Shown here: positions 51,901-63,768 of the stretch, piece by piece
How the letters are laid out: every line of letters starts with the position of its first letter
How positions within the stretch are numbered: position 1 is the first letter of the stretch
Origin: Mobula hypostoma
Lineage: Eukaryota
Assembly (NCBI RefSeq): GCF_963921235.1
Contig: NW_026948187.1
Span: forward strand, 1,860,001 to 1,924,000
DNA length: 64,000 bases
Direction: 5' to 3'
Position numbers and translations under genes: made by a program
The notes under the pieces: model-generated
Database searches by the model: none
What the model was told of the DNA's origin: nothing
What the model saw: the letters and a program-made list of their open reading frames with translations, nothing else

Positions 51901-52310
51901 TGGAGAGAAAATTTAACAATCAGATGTGCAAAGGGACTTCGAATTCCTTGCTCAGGATTATCTAAAGGTTAACTTGAAGGCTGAGTCTGTGGTCACTTTC
52001 ATTTCAAGAGAGCTAGAATATAAGAGCACATATGCAATCCAGGGGCATTATAACCATTGGTCAGACCACACTTTGAGCACTGTGAGCAAATTTGTGTCCC
52101 TTATCTAAGCAAAGATGTACTGGCATTGGAGAGGGTCTAGAGAGGTTCATGGGAATAAAAGTGTTAATCTATGAGGAGCATTTGATGGCTCTGGGCCTGT
52201 ACTCACTTGAGTTTAGAAGATTGAAGGAGGATCTCATTGAAGCCTATCGAATGTTAAACAGCCTAGAGAGAGAGGATTTGGAGAGGATGTTTCTTATAGT
52301 GGGAGAGACT
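48960..52310 (+). mobile_element. Degenerate CR1 related to family 'B', interrupted by Rex1
   Basis: Colinear with 23220-27000 (VMGDFN, DKSAGPDG, FDKVPH remnants); many stops. Confidence 0.85.
50517..51146 (+). mobile_element. Rex1/Babar 5'-truncated insertion
   Basis: MLRMFYESVVASAIMFAVVCWG...HPLH...KSFLP; tail (TATGAC)n; 10-bp TSD TGAAGGCATT at 50507-50516 and 51147-51156. Confidence 0.9.
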
Positions 52311-52368
52311 ATTTTTAATTAGTTTCCTGTCTGCCCAATTATTTGCAGCTTGAAACAATTCTTCTCAC

Positions 52369-53262
52369 TGTTACGTACCCAGTAACTGGGTTGCCAAACC
52401 AGCAGAAATGGATCACTCAGTTGGAGTCTGGATTACTGGAACTAAGAAAGTTTTATTAAAGAAATAAGCAACACAGTACCCTAAACAAAAGGATAATAAA
52501 TACAACAGTTCAGCAATGATAAACATACATGTACACCGAACTAGGATAATAGGATCAATCAAGCTCTATCGTCGTCTGGGGGTAAATGACCAGTTTCAAA
52601 GTGACAGAGTTCAGTTTAGTTCAGTTCGCAGTAACCACCGTCACTGTGGGAGAGAGAGAGAGAGAGAGAGACAGGATGAATATTCAAATCGGATTCCAAA
52701 CAGACCTTCGATATTCCTCACAGTCAGCTTTAGGGCGAGCCCCTTGTAATGTCTTCTGAGGTCACCGACTGTGACCCCTCCGTTTCAGATACGATCGTTC
52801 TTCCGCAGTGAACCCAGCACCCATGGAAGCGTGGACACACACACCAGGTTCCCGCCGATCCGTACCTTTCTACCCTGTGTGTCTCTGGCTGGTCCCGCGA
52901 CCAGACCTCAACAACTCCCACCGACTTGTGGGAGGCGCACCGCTTCCAGGGTCTCGTTACATCGTGGTGTTGTGTGTGTCTTGCCTTAGCGAACCTGTCC
53001 CTTTTTATCCCCCTGCTGAGGTATCGCCTGTCCATCACACATCAAACAGTTCAGGGTTCAAACAGTAGCCGATCTGGACAGTTCTCAGACCTGTGTCTCC
53101 TTCCGTTAAGCTCTCTCGTCTCTTCATTAACATTTCCAAATGCTGCTCCATTGTCTTCCTTATTTCTCTTTCTCCTGAAGTCAGGTGCCAGATCAACTGT
53201 TGATCCCACTGGTGCCGGCACAGGACAGTTAACATCTTAGTCTATGTGTACTTTTTGTAACC
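52369..53262 (-). mobile_element. Solo LTR
   Basis: Inverted termini TGTTAC...GTAAC, minus-strand AATAAA near 52455, no coding capacity, abrupt boundaries. Confidence 0.6.
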
Positions 53263-53865
53263 CTCTTTCGTCACATCAGTTTCGTTTGACCTCTGACAGG
53301 TTTCAGATATTTATACATTTATATTCCATCAGCAAAATTACAAAATGCTGGTTGAACTCAGCAGAGATTTGCCAGAACATTGTGTTGTTGTTTTGGATTT
53401 CCAGCGTCTGTAGATGTTTTCGTGTTTATGTACATCAGCAACGTGTCCATTTGTCCGTTGCTAACACGATGTTGATCTGTCTATTGTACCTCTGTTCGTA
53501 TTTGTGTTTCTGTGTGTGTATTTGTGTGTGTATGTGTGGGTCTATGTGTGGGTCTATGTGTGTGCGCATGCTTGTGTTTGGCCAGGAACGTGTTGAAGCA
53601 CTGAAGGGCAGTTCAAAATGGGAAACCGCAGAGGCAGAGGTTCGGTCGGGTGGTGTGGGTGCACTTCGTTCACAGATGTACAATTAGCCAACTAAACCAG
53701 GAAATCTGTAAATGTGGCTGCTCCGTGATGAAGTCAGTCTTTGTCATTAGAGCTCCCGTATTGTTTTAACTAGATGAATCACTGCTGAGGCAATGCCCAA
53801 GACTTTTGGCGTATTGTCTTCAATCGGCCGGATACTTACATCAGAAACAATGGTTTTGATTAAAG

Positions 53866-53944
53866 TGTTTGTTCAAGTAGCTGTAACTAAGAAGGTTAGT
53901 CAGGGATGCAAGAATATCTCAGGAGACCGCTACTTTGTATAAAT
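53866..53944 (+). promoter_or_regulatory. Proximal promoter of paralog 2 (shared motif + TATA box)
   Basis: TGTTTGTT 53866-53873, CTGTAACTAA 53881-53890, TATAAAT 53938-53944, about 85 nt upstream of the ATG. Confidence 0.6.
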
Positions 53945-54028
53945 CAGCGCCGTTTTGACGAAATCAGCTCAAAGTGTCTGCCCGAGCTGTGGGTTCGGGA
54001 GTAACAGAATTCATACATTCTCACTGAA

Positions 54029-54098
54029 ATGGATTATCCTCTCATCTGTCAGATAGAATTCGTCTACTATCCTTTTATTTCAGCCTTTGGAATTCCCG
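54029..54098 (+). CDS. GPR139-like paralog 2, coding exon 1 (MDYPLICQIEFVYYPFISAFGIP)
   Basis: 70 nt, donor CCCG|GTAGGC, phase 1, in frame with exon 2. Not shown in the ORF track. Confidence 0.88.
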
Positions 54099-54457
54099 GT
54101 AGGCCGCAGTGTCAGCTGCCGTTGGTGGGAATTGAAGGTTAATTATAATATTGTGATCACTCCTGTCGCTGGTGTCCACTGTCACCTGTCCAGTCCCGGT
54201 GTTCTGCATTTCAGGGATAGAATGGAAACACCGGGAATGTGTATTCTGGGATCCGGATCGAAAAAAACTACTGCGGGAATTTAGCGAATCGGCCAACATT
54301 TGTGGAATTGAACGGGTTAGGCAGCGTTCTTCCAGCTGTTTGTGTTCAACAATGTGATGTTCAGGTTTCTGTGCTTTTGGTCTTGTAGCTGCTGCCCTGT
54401 ATTTGCGAATATTGGGTTTACACAGCCCGCTGAGATTAAACGAATTGATTGTCTGCA

Positions 54458-54552
54458 ACACACATCAAATTTGCTGGTGAACGCAGCAGGCCAGGCAGCA
54501 TCTCTAGGAAGAGGTACAGTCGACGTTTCAGGCCGAGACCCTTCGTCAGGAC
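54458..54552 (-). mobile_element. 95-bp Penelope terminal-repeat insertion in the intron of paralog 2
   Basis: 13-bp TSD TTGATTGTCTGCA at 54445-54457 and 54553-54565; near-identical to parts of 9436-9583. Confidence 0.9.
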
Positions 54553-54553
54553 T
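54518..54553 (-). ncRNA. Minimal hammerhead ribozyme motif (antisense to the GPCR pre-mRNA)
   Basis: Minus strand AGTC-CTGACGA-A-GGGTCTCGGCCT-GAAA-CGTC-GACT. Confidence 0.7.
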
Positions 54554-54684
54554 TGATTGTCTGCAGTTGTATTTAAACGGATGTTTGAGTTAGGTGTAAC
54601 AATAAAACTATCTTTTGGTAGTAAAAATTTGGCAAATGTAAGGAGTTATTTTTCTCAACTTGCTGTTCCCTCTCTCTCATCCAG

Positions 54685-55583
54685 CGAACTTGGTGGCGAT
54701 TGTGATTCTGTCCCGGGGAATGTGCGGTCTCTCCAAATGTGTCACTCGTTACCTGGTGGGAATGGCAGTGGCCGATCTCCTGGTCGTTATCTCGGATCCG
54801 CTGCTGAGGTGGACTGCATCGTTTTATTTTCCCCGATCATTCCTTTTCATCACTCCTGTGTGCAGTCTCAGTGGATGGCTGGTTTTCGCGAACACAGCGA
54901 CCTCTGTCTGGCTGACTGTCGCTTTCACCGTCGATCGATTTGTAGCTATTTGCTGTGAGAAGCTGAAAACAAAATATTGCACCGAGAGAACGGCGGCTGT
55001 GGTTATCGGGACAGTGAGTGTGCTCACCTGTTTGGGCAGTGTCCCGTGGGGATTTACATACGAGCCTATGGTACCAATTGATAATGTTCCCTGGTATTGC
55101 GGTCTTACATCGAGTTTCGAAAACTCTCCCGCATGGGCCGCATTTGCAATGTTTCACCGCATTTTAACCCCTTGTGCCCCATTTTTTCTGATTTTGCTGT
55201 TCAATATACTGACTCTCAGGCGAATTCTAGCAACCAGTCGATCCCGTAAGGAGCTCCGGAGACAAAAGAGTGGAGAGAATGATAAGGATCGGGAGATGGA
55301 GAACCGTCGCAAATCCATCATTTTGCTCTTCAGTATATCCGGTAGTTTCATATTGTTGTGGGGAACACAGGTGGTATTTAATATCTATCAACGGATTTCA
55401 ATGAGTTTTGTTTATTCTGTTACGGATCCCCGTTACCTCGCAGATGAGGTTTCAGCGATGCTGCAGGTTTTCAGTTCCTGCACCAATACTTGTATTTACG
55501 GACTGACTCAGAGCAAATTCCGAGAGGAACTAAAGAATGCGGTGAAATACCCATTGGATCTGATTTTTTCTGAACAGAGCTAG
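54685..55583 (+). CDS. GPR139/GPR142-like orphan class A GPCR, paralog 2, coding exon 2 (total 322 aa)
   Basis: Acceptor tctctctcatccAG; ANLVAIVIL, MAVADLL, SVWLTVAFTVDRFVAIC, APF, FILLW, SSCTNTCIY..QSKFREE; AATAAA at 55663-55668. Confidence 0.9.
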
Positions 55584-56399
55584 AAAACAAACAACGTGAT
55601 GAACAGAGATATAACGCAAACATGAGGAAATCTTCAGATCCTCGAATTACAAAAACAACACAAATAAACTCAGAGTCCTGATGAATGCTGTCGGCCCCTG
55701 TTTACTCTTTTCCACAGAATTTAGCTTTGCACAAATCCTCCCTCTCTTATCAAATTGAAAGTTCAGGTGAGCCTGTTACCCCCGCTTCTCGGTTTTGACA
55801 ACACAGCCTGATCCCCGAGTATAACTTCGTCTGTATCATACACTCCTGCTCCCGTCGTGATCCGTCTTTAACTACACGCTGTTGTTTCCTTCCTTCCCTA
55901 ACGGTAGGTTCTCATTCCCTCTGGCACCTTCAGTTGTCTTACAGCTAGAGAAGTTTAACTGAGCTTTAGAACACCTAGCGCCGTGCCTTAAGAATGCAGA
56001 TATTTACTACAGCTGCTGCCAGAGCGGGAGGGTGCATAGCTTCACAACATCTAGCACGATACCGTAAAGACACATACCTTTATACCTGATGTCAGCACTT
56101 GACCCGTGATTGAGCGCCAGGAGGGAGCGTAACAAAGAACCGAAGTGAGAGAGAGCAGGCGAGTGAGAGCAGGAGAGAGACAGATAGAGCGAATTATATC
56201 AGGAAGTGGGTATGGCGATATTCTCAGACGTGTGGATAACAAGGAGGAGGAGACCTTAGGTCAAAGCGCAGTAAGGTGGTTAAATCCTTCGGAGGATTTA
56301 GTCACTGAGGCGACTGACACACACATGCAGGCAAACACGCTGTAAAAAATGTCTTCATGGTCAGCACACACGTAGTGAGCTGAGGAGATAGGGCCAGTC

Positions 56400-57010
56400 T
56401 CTAAAACAATCTCTATCTTCCCCTCTTCCCACAGTCAATCTTCCGGCACCCCAACACCGGTCTCTCGCACCCTCCCACGGGTCTCTCCCGCAAACACCCT
56501 CCCCTCTGGATCGCTCTCCCCTCAGACTCTTTCCCTCCTACTCTCTCTTTCTCTTAGTTTTACTCCATTTTCTCTCCCCCGGTCTCCCTGTCTGCTCAGC
56601 ATCTCCCTCCTAGTCTCTCTCGCTCTCCCAAATCTGTTTCGCTGTCCCAAGTCTTACTCGCTCTCCCCATGTCTCTCGTTCTCCCCAGTGTCTCTTTCCC
56701 CATTAGCAATCACCGCAATCTCGCTCTCCTCGTGTCTCTCTCCCCGGTCTCTTCTCTTCCAGTTTCATTTTGGTTCTTCCTCACGTCTCTCTCCCCGATT
56801 CTCATTCTCCCAGCCGATCTCTCCAGCATCGCGCTCTCCCAGTCTCTCTCAGCCCATTATCCCACACTTCTTCAATTCCTCCTCCTCGATCTCTCACCGT
56901 CTGCCATTCCTCCTCCCTTAGTCTCTCTCCCTCTTATTCTCCTCGCCTTTCTCTCCAGTCTCTCTCTCCCCCCAGCCTCTTGCCGTCTGTTTTTTATCCT
57001 CCCCAAAGTC
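56400..57010. repeat. Long pyrimidine-rich (CT) low-complexity tract
   Basis: About 600 bp dominated by C and T on the plus strand. Confidence 0.9.
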
Positions 57011-58584
57011 TTCACGAGTACTGGTGAGCATTAAAAAATATACCGGGGATTCTTCATTGTTACCTTTTCATAAATACTCTTGCTCTGATGGTGAGGACAG
57101 GAAATTCATTTCCAGTTGCAGCCACTAAACCAGGTTGACTGGTGACGTCACAGAGGCCTCCCTGGCGGTCATTTCTCTCCGGCGACTTTGTTTTTTCAGG
57201 CAGCATGGCCAAGGCTGTGTCTTCAAATGTTCCCACCCTTCCTGAATGAACTGCACTGAGCTGAGAGGTATTATTTTCCCCAGTTTCAAAACATTATTGG
57301 TCTTATATTCTTAACCAGACTCTTGGTATTTCTCGCACCTGTCAATCCTGAGTACAGCTTTGGGAGGTAACAAGCTATACAAAAATTCAAATAATGCAGC
57401 AGCTGTTTATGTCTTCAGTCATATCTTTAAGGCTAATCTCATTGTTCTGTTAATTTACATTCGCAATTTGAAAAATTCTGCTGCATTTCTCCATGCAGAT
57501 TGAGCTAATAGTTTATTGGCAGATCCTGCACTCGAGTTACTTTCTGTTCTAGCTGTTAGCAGGGATTGCATTGATTCCAAAATGTACCAATGTAATCAAT
57601 TTCTCCTCTCCCTCCCCCTAACACTGTTGACACTAAGAACTACTTCAGAACAAGAACATGTGTGTTCTCTTTTCGTGGCATCTTGCTACGACTTTAAGGT
57701 AATATCGCCACTCTTACTTTAACAATAGCATTTCAATATGTGTCTTGCATCTTCTTGTCCCTAGGAACGTCCAGAAAGAATATTTGCACAGTAATAATTG
57801 AATATAGTGCCTAATATTCATTCATTCATTCTCTGTATATATAAACCGTCTTGTCACATTCTACAGCAATGTCTCTAAAAAAATTATTTTCTGTTGAGCT
57901 CACAGGAAACACCTGTTGTTGCACATATCTTGAATACATCTTCTCTGAAACACATAAATGCGGTTTCTATATTTATTTTGTAATTACATTCTGACTAAAA
58001 TGTTAATGGGCCTAATTTTTGTTCCAGGCTCTTCATCACTGTGCGAATGTTTAGCTTGAGTCCTGAATAGTTATTGAGGAGAACTTACTGAGCTGGCCGA
58101 GGATCTACATAGCAAGTACGGACAGTTCAATCCTGAAATGGGTCGAATCTTGGTTACATAATTCATTGGCAGTCATATTGTTTCAAGAGTAAAATTATAT
58201 TGCCAGTGTCTAAAGGCCTGGAACATCGTTCTATTGGTGCAACTGGGCAATGTTAATTCAGGTAATCATATAATTATTGAATGAAAACCTAAAGTTACTC
58301 ATGAGAATTTTGAAACAAATATACTGTTGATGAAACCCACCTCACTACAGAAAAGGATCTTGGCGATTGTGCGGATAACTTAAAGCGGACTGAAAACCTT
58401 GTGCATATAGATATTAAGGATATTAAGAAAGAGCATATGCTGGAACAGTTGGAAAGCATCCAGTTGGATAAGTCACCGGGACCGGACGAGATGGAGGGTT
58501 GGAGGGTTGGAGGGCTGCAAATGTTGTTCCTTTATTCAAGAAAGGGAGTAGAGATAGCCCAGAAAATCATAGATTTTTATTACT

Positions 58585-59760
58585 TAAGTATTCACCACAT
58601 TTCAGTCAGTATTTAGTAGATGCACCTTTGGCAGCAATTCTCCATTCTCTGTGGATACAGTAGTCCTCGAACGGTTTTGCACATATGGACACTGCAATTT
58701 TCCCCATTCCTCTTTTGTAGAACCACTGAGGCTCTGTCATACTGCATGGGGTTCGTGAGCGAACATCCCTTTGCAAGTCCATCCAGAAATTTTCAATTGA
58801 ACTGACGTGTGGACTGAGATTTGGCCACTGTAGGACATTAATTCTGTTATTTTAAGCCATTCCTGTATAGCTTTGGCTTTATGCTTGGGGTCATTGTCTA
58901 GCTGGAAGACATATCTCCTCCCAAGTTGCATTTGTTTTGCAGACTTTGTCAGGTTTTCCTGCAAGATTTCCCTCTATTACTCTGCAATCATTTTACCCTC
59001 TACATTCACCAGCTCTCCAGCGCCGACTGCAGTGAAGCATCCCCATGGCACGATGCAGGCAACATATAACCTTTAGTCTGTGGGCAAAAAAAAACTCACT
59101 TTTATTTTTGTCAGACCATAGAACTAACTCAGATTTCATGTTAGTTTTTTTGTTCAAAAGTGGTTTTCTCTTTGCCAATGATGCGACTGGTGAAACACTC
59201 GGGCAACAGCTGTTGTATGCACAGTCGCTACCATCTCAGCCACTGGTGCTTGTAACTCCTCCAGTGTTGTCAAAGATCTCTTAGTGGTCCCCCTCACTAG
59301 TTCCTTACTTGCACGCTCACTCAGATATTCAGGATAGCCCCGGCTGTAGCCAGATTTACAACTGTGTCATATTCTGTCCATCTCTTGATGATTTACTTAA
59401 CTGTACTCAAAGGGATATACAGTGATTTGGAAATTACCCTAAATCCATCTCCTGACTGTTGCTTTTCAATAAGGTTCTCGCGGAGTTGCATGAAGTTCTC
59501 TTTTGTCTTCATGGTGTACCTTCCCGGCCCGCCCCTCCCCCCCCCCCCCCAGGATACTGACTCACCAGCGGCTGGACCTTCCAGATCCGGTTGTATTTTT
59601 ACTACATTCAACTAAAAAAAACCTTGACTGCACACGGTGATTTCCGTTTAACTGATTATGTGCCGATAGGCTGCACCAGTGATGATTTAGTGTGTTATAT
59701 TAAAGGGGGTAGGTGTATACTTATGTCACCAGTTATCTTGTATTTCACATTTGCAATGGA
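58585..59760 (-). mobile_element. Tc1-family DNA transposon remnant
   Basis: [27 protein letters not shown] and an N-terminal HTH-like segment GDGFRVISKSLYIPLSTVK; fragmented. Confidence 0.85.
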
Positions 59761-59889
59761 CTTAGATCACCTTGTAGAGATCTGTTTTTACTTTGACTCG
59801 AAAGTGACTTCGCTTTTTCTTTTGATCGGTATAAAAGCACAAATCAATCCTTGCACACTGTTCAGGTTTTATACTTTCCCGGTATGGTA

Positions 59890-60721
59890 AGGGTCAGTCT
59901 GTTGCAGGAGCCACACTGTGAGCGGCTGGGGAAGGGAGGGCTAGCTGAGACTGGTAAGGTGGACTGTGGGCTTCCCCGAGGAGAGGGGCGACTAGTTCTC
60001 TCTGACGTTCCTGAAATCGATAATCTAATTGAATGGCTAAAGAGATCAGAGAGTCCAGACAATCTGTGTCGTCCCTCGCGGCCAGCTCATCCTTTATCCT
60101 GTCCGAGAGATCCTGTCGAAACACCCCTCGTAGGGCCTCATCATTCCACCCGGAGTCTGCGGCTAAGGTCCGGAACTCAATGGAATTCCTGGCCACACTT
60201 TGCGAAGCTTGACGAAGAGTAAGCAACCGTTTCGCGGCGTCCGTACCGCGAATGGATTGTTCGAAGACTTTCCTAGTTTCAGCCACAAAGGAGTAGGAGG
60301 AATCCCATATCGCGGTTGCCCAAGCCAAGGCATCCCCTCGTAGCAGCCCCATGATGTACGCAATCTTTGATTTATTGGAAGTGTAGGTACGTGGCTGCAG
60401 CTCAAAGACTAGGGAGCATTGTAACAGGAAGGTCCGGCACCTACCTAGGTCCCCGGCATAGGGTTCAGGCTCGGGTACATACGGGTCTGGAGGGGATGGT
60501 GTTGCTGATTCCCGGGGCGAGGCCATCCCGAGCGGTGCGGTTTGGGCAGCTTGGGTTCTAGCAGGGTGCGGAGAAAAGGAAGTGGAAACATGATCCACTT
60601 CTTCACTGACCTTCTGCACAACCGTGGATAGTGTCCAAAGGTTTTCCTCCTGAAGTAGTTGGTCGTGGTAGCACTGGCTGGCCAGGGCCTGTTGTACGGG
60701 ATCCGTGTCCTCTGGGTTCAT
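59890..60721 (-). mobile_element. Gypsy (sushi-like chromovirus) gag, truncated
   Basis: PEPEPYAGD..CRTFLLQC, KIAYIMGLLRGDALAWAT, LRQ.SQSV..SIEFRTLAADSGWNDEAL..F..LSDRIKDEL. Confidence 0.9.
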
Positions 60722-60737
60722 CGTGGCCATTTCGCTC

Positions 60738-61127
60738 TGTTGCAAGGATGTGGCGGTGGTAACGAGCCCAAGTACCGAACACCGGCGCGGAGGCCGAGGC
60801 GGGAGGAGTTAAGGTCGTAGCGAACGTGGAATTGGTGTTCAAGAGAGTCTTTACCAGGAGTCTTGGTTTTAGTAGCGAATTCACGAACGATGCTAGACTT
60901 AGAACTCATAGTCCTAAGAAGCATGGAACGAGGTTACTCATACGAGTCGACCAAAGAACTGGCAGCTCCTTGCTGTGATCACAGGGACTTTATCCTGCAG
61001 TTTCTGATGGGAAACAGGTGTGTGTAGTTAGTGGAACCTGGGAATGATTGGAAATTAAATGAGGATATTAAGGCCCAATTCCTGTGGTAACTAGAAAGGT
61101 GGGGAATTGCCAGAAGGAACCATGACA
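60738..61127 (-). mobile_element. Gypsy LTR (LTR-A)
   Basis: Minus strand TGTCATG...GCAACA; preceded by a polypurine tract and followed directly by the gag leader. Confidence 0.8.
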
Positions 61128-61222
61128 GTAACGCCCCCTACCCCACCCCAATTCAACGTGAGCCTCCAGACGATCCTCTAGGACTGTCTGGATGGTCCCG
61201 ATGAAAGTCCTGGATGAGGGAA
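61128..61222 (-). mobile_element. Gypsy pol C-terminus (end of chromodomain) + polypurine tract
   Basis: SLIQDFHRDHPDSPRGSSGGSR*, then GGGGTGGGGTAGGGGGCGTTAC|TG. Confidence 0.75.
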
Positions 61223-61562
61223 TGCCACAATGTTGTGCTGTGAACGGACCCAAATGCAAAACACAAAAACTGAAGTACAAGGAACAGGACTTGACTAGGG
61301 TAGCGACGCGACAGGATACAGGCAGGGAGCAGGGACAAGAACGCAGACTTGGGCTAGGGAAAGTTGAGCCAGGACTAGAAACCATGGGCTAGGACACAAG
61401 GCCTTGACACCGAGCCCGAGAACGGACAAGGACCAAGAACCTGGGTCTTGCCTCGGGCTCGGACCCCAGAACCAGGCAAGGAAATGATATGGCTTCAGGA
61501 CAGGACGTGGCTGGGGTCTAGAGACCTGAGCTTGGCTGCAGGAAAGAGTCTTGTTTCTTGAT

Positions 61563-63768
61563 CTTGGCTGCAGGCTGGAGACTTGGGTCTTCATCTTGGC
61601 TGCAGGCTGGAGACTTGGGCCTTCATCTTGGCTGCAGGCTGGAGACTTGGGCCTTCATCTTGGCTGCAGGCTGGAGACTTGGGCCTTCATCTTGGCTGCA
61701 GGCTGGAGACTTGGGCCTTCGTCTTGGCTGCAGGCTGGAGACTTGGGCCTTCGTCTTGGCTGCAGGCTGGAGACTTGGGCCTTCGTCTTGGCTGCAGGCT
61801 GGAGACTTGGGCCTTCGTCTTGGCTGCAGGCTGGAGACTTGGGCCTTCGTCTTGGCTGCAGGCTGGAGACTTGGGCCTTCGTCTTGGCTGCAGGCTGGAG
61901 ACTTGGGCCTTCGTCTTGGCTGCAGGCTGGAGACTTGGGCCTTCGTCTTGGCTGCAGGCTGGAGACTTGGGCCTTCGTCTTGGCTGCAGGCTGGAGACTT
62001 GGGCCTTCGTCTTGGCTGCAGGCTGGAGACTTGGGCCTTCGTCTTGGCTGCAGGCTGGAGACTTGGGCCTTCGTCTTGGCTGCAGGCTGGAGACTTGGGC
62101 CTTCGTCTTGGCTGCAGGCTGGAGACTTGGGCCTTCATCTTGGCTGCAGGCTGGAGACTTGGGCCTTCATCTTGGCTGCAGGCTGGAGACTTAGGCCTTC
62201 ATCTTGGCTGCAGGCTGGAGACTTGGGCCTTCATCTTGGCTGCAGGCTGGAGACTTGGGCCTTCATCTTGGCTGCAGGCTGGAGACTTGGGCCTTCATCT
62301 TGGCTGCAGGCTGGAGACTTGGGCCTTCATCTTGGCTGGAGACTTGGGCCTTCATCTTGGCTGCAGGCTGGAGACTTGGGCCTTCATCTTGGCTGCAGGC
62401 TGGAGACTTGGGCCTTCGTCTTGGCTGCAGGCTGGAGACTTGTGTCTTCGTCTTGGCTGCAGGCTGGAGACTTGGGCCTTCATCTTGGCTGCAGGCTGGA
62501 GACTTGGGCCTTCATCTTGGCTGCAGGCTGGAGACTTGGGCCTTCATCTTGGCTGCAGGCTGGAGACTTGGGTCTTCATCTTGGCTGCAGGCTGGAGACT
62601 TGAGTCTTCATCCTGGCTGCAGGCGGGAGACTTGGGTCTTCATCTTGGCTGCAGGCGGGAGACTTGGGTCTTCATCTTGGCTGCAGGCGGGAGACTTGGG
62701 TCTTCATCTTGGCTGCAGGCGGGAGACTTGGGTCTTCATCTTGGCTGCAGGCTGGAGACTTGGGTCTTCATCTTGGCTGCAGGCTGGAGACTTGGGTCTT
62801 CATCTTGGCTGCAGGCTGGAGACTTGGGTCTTCATCTTGGCTGCAGGCTGGAGACTTGGGCCTTCATCTTGGCTGCAGGCTGGAGACTTGGGTCTTCATC
62901 TTGGCTGCAGGCTGGAGACTTGGGCCTTCATTTTGGCTGCAGGCTGGAGACTTGGGCCTTCATCTTGGCTGCAGGCTGGAGACTTGGGCCTTCATCTTGG
63001 CTGCAGGCTGGAGACTTGGGCCTTCATCTTGGCTGCAGGCTGGAGACTTGGGCCTTCATCTTGGCTGCAGGCTGGAGACTTGGGCCTTCATCTTGGCTGC
63101 AGGCTGGAGACTTGGGCCTTCATCTTGGCTGCAGGCTGGAGACTTGGGCCTTCATCTTGGCTGCAGGCTGGAGACTTGGGCCTTCATCTTGGCTGCAGGC
63201 TGGAGACTTGGGCCTTCATCTTGGCTGCAGGCTGGAGACTTGGGCCTTCATCTTGGCTGCAGGCTGGAGACTTGGGCCTTCATCTTGGCTGCAGGCTGGA
63301 GACTTGGGTCTTCATCTTGGCTGCAGGCTGGAGACTTGGGTCTTCATCTTGGCTGCAGGCTGGAGACTTGGGTCTTCATCTTGGCTGCAGGCTGGAGACG
63401 GGTCTTCATCTTGGCTGCAGGCTGGAGGCTTGGGTCTTCATCTTGGCTGCAGGCTGGAGGCTTGGGTCTTCATCTTGGCTGCAGGCTGGAGACTTGGGTC
63501 TTCATCTTGGCTGCAGGCTGGAGACTTGGGTCTTCATCTTGGCTGCAGGCGGGAGACTTGGGTCTTCATCTTGGCTGCAGGCTGGAGGCTTGGGTCTTCA
63601 ACTTGGCTGCAGGCTGGAGACTTGGGTCTTCATCTTGGCTGCAGGCTGGAGACTTGGGTCTTCATCTTGGCTGCAGGCGGGATACTTGGGTCTTCATCTT
63701 GGCTGCAGGCTGGAGGCTTGGGTCTTCATCTTGGCTGCAGGCTGGAGACTTGGGTCTTCATCTTGGCT
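61563..63768. repeat. Minisatellite, 32-bp unit CTTGGCTGCAGGCTGGAGACTTGGG(C/T)CTTC(A/G)T, about 69 copies
   Basis: Seen directly; variant units cluster in blocks. Confidence 0.98.

Noticed and set aside
54660-54684. ORF-track start MLFPLSHP
   Set aside because: This is the polypyrimidine tract and acceptor; the real start is in exon 1 at 54029.
55675-55697. Sense-strand hammerhead motif 3' of paralog 2
   Set aside because: CTGATGA is present, but GAAA and the cleavage triplet are lost.
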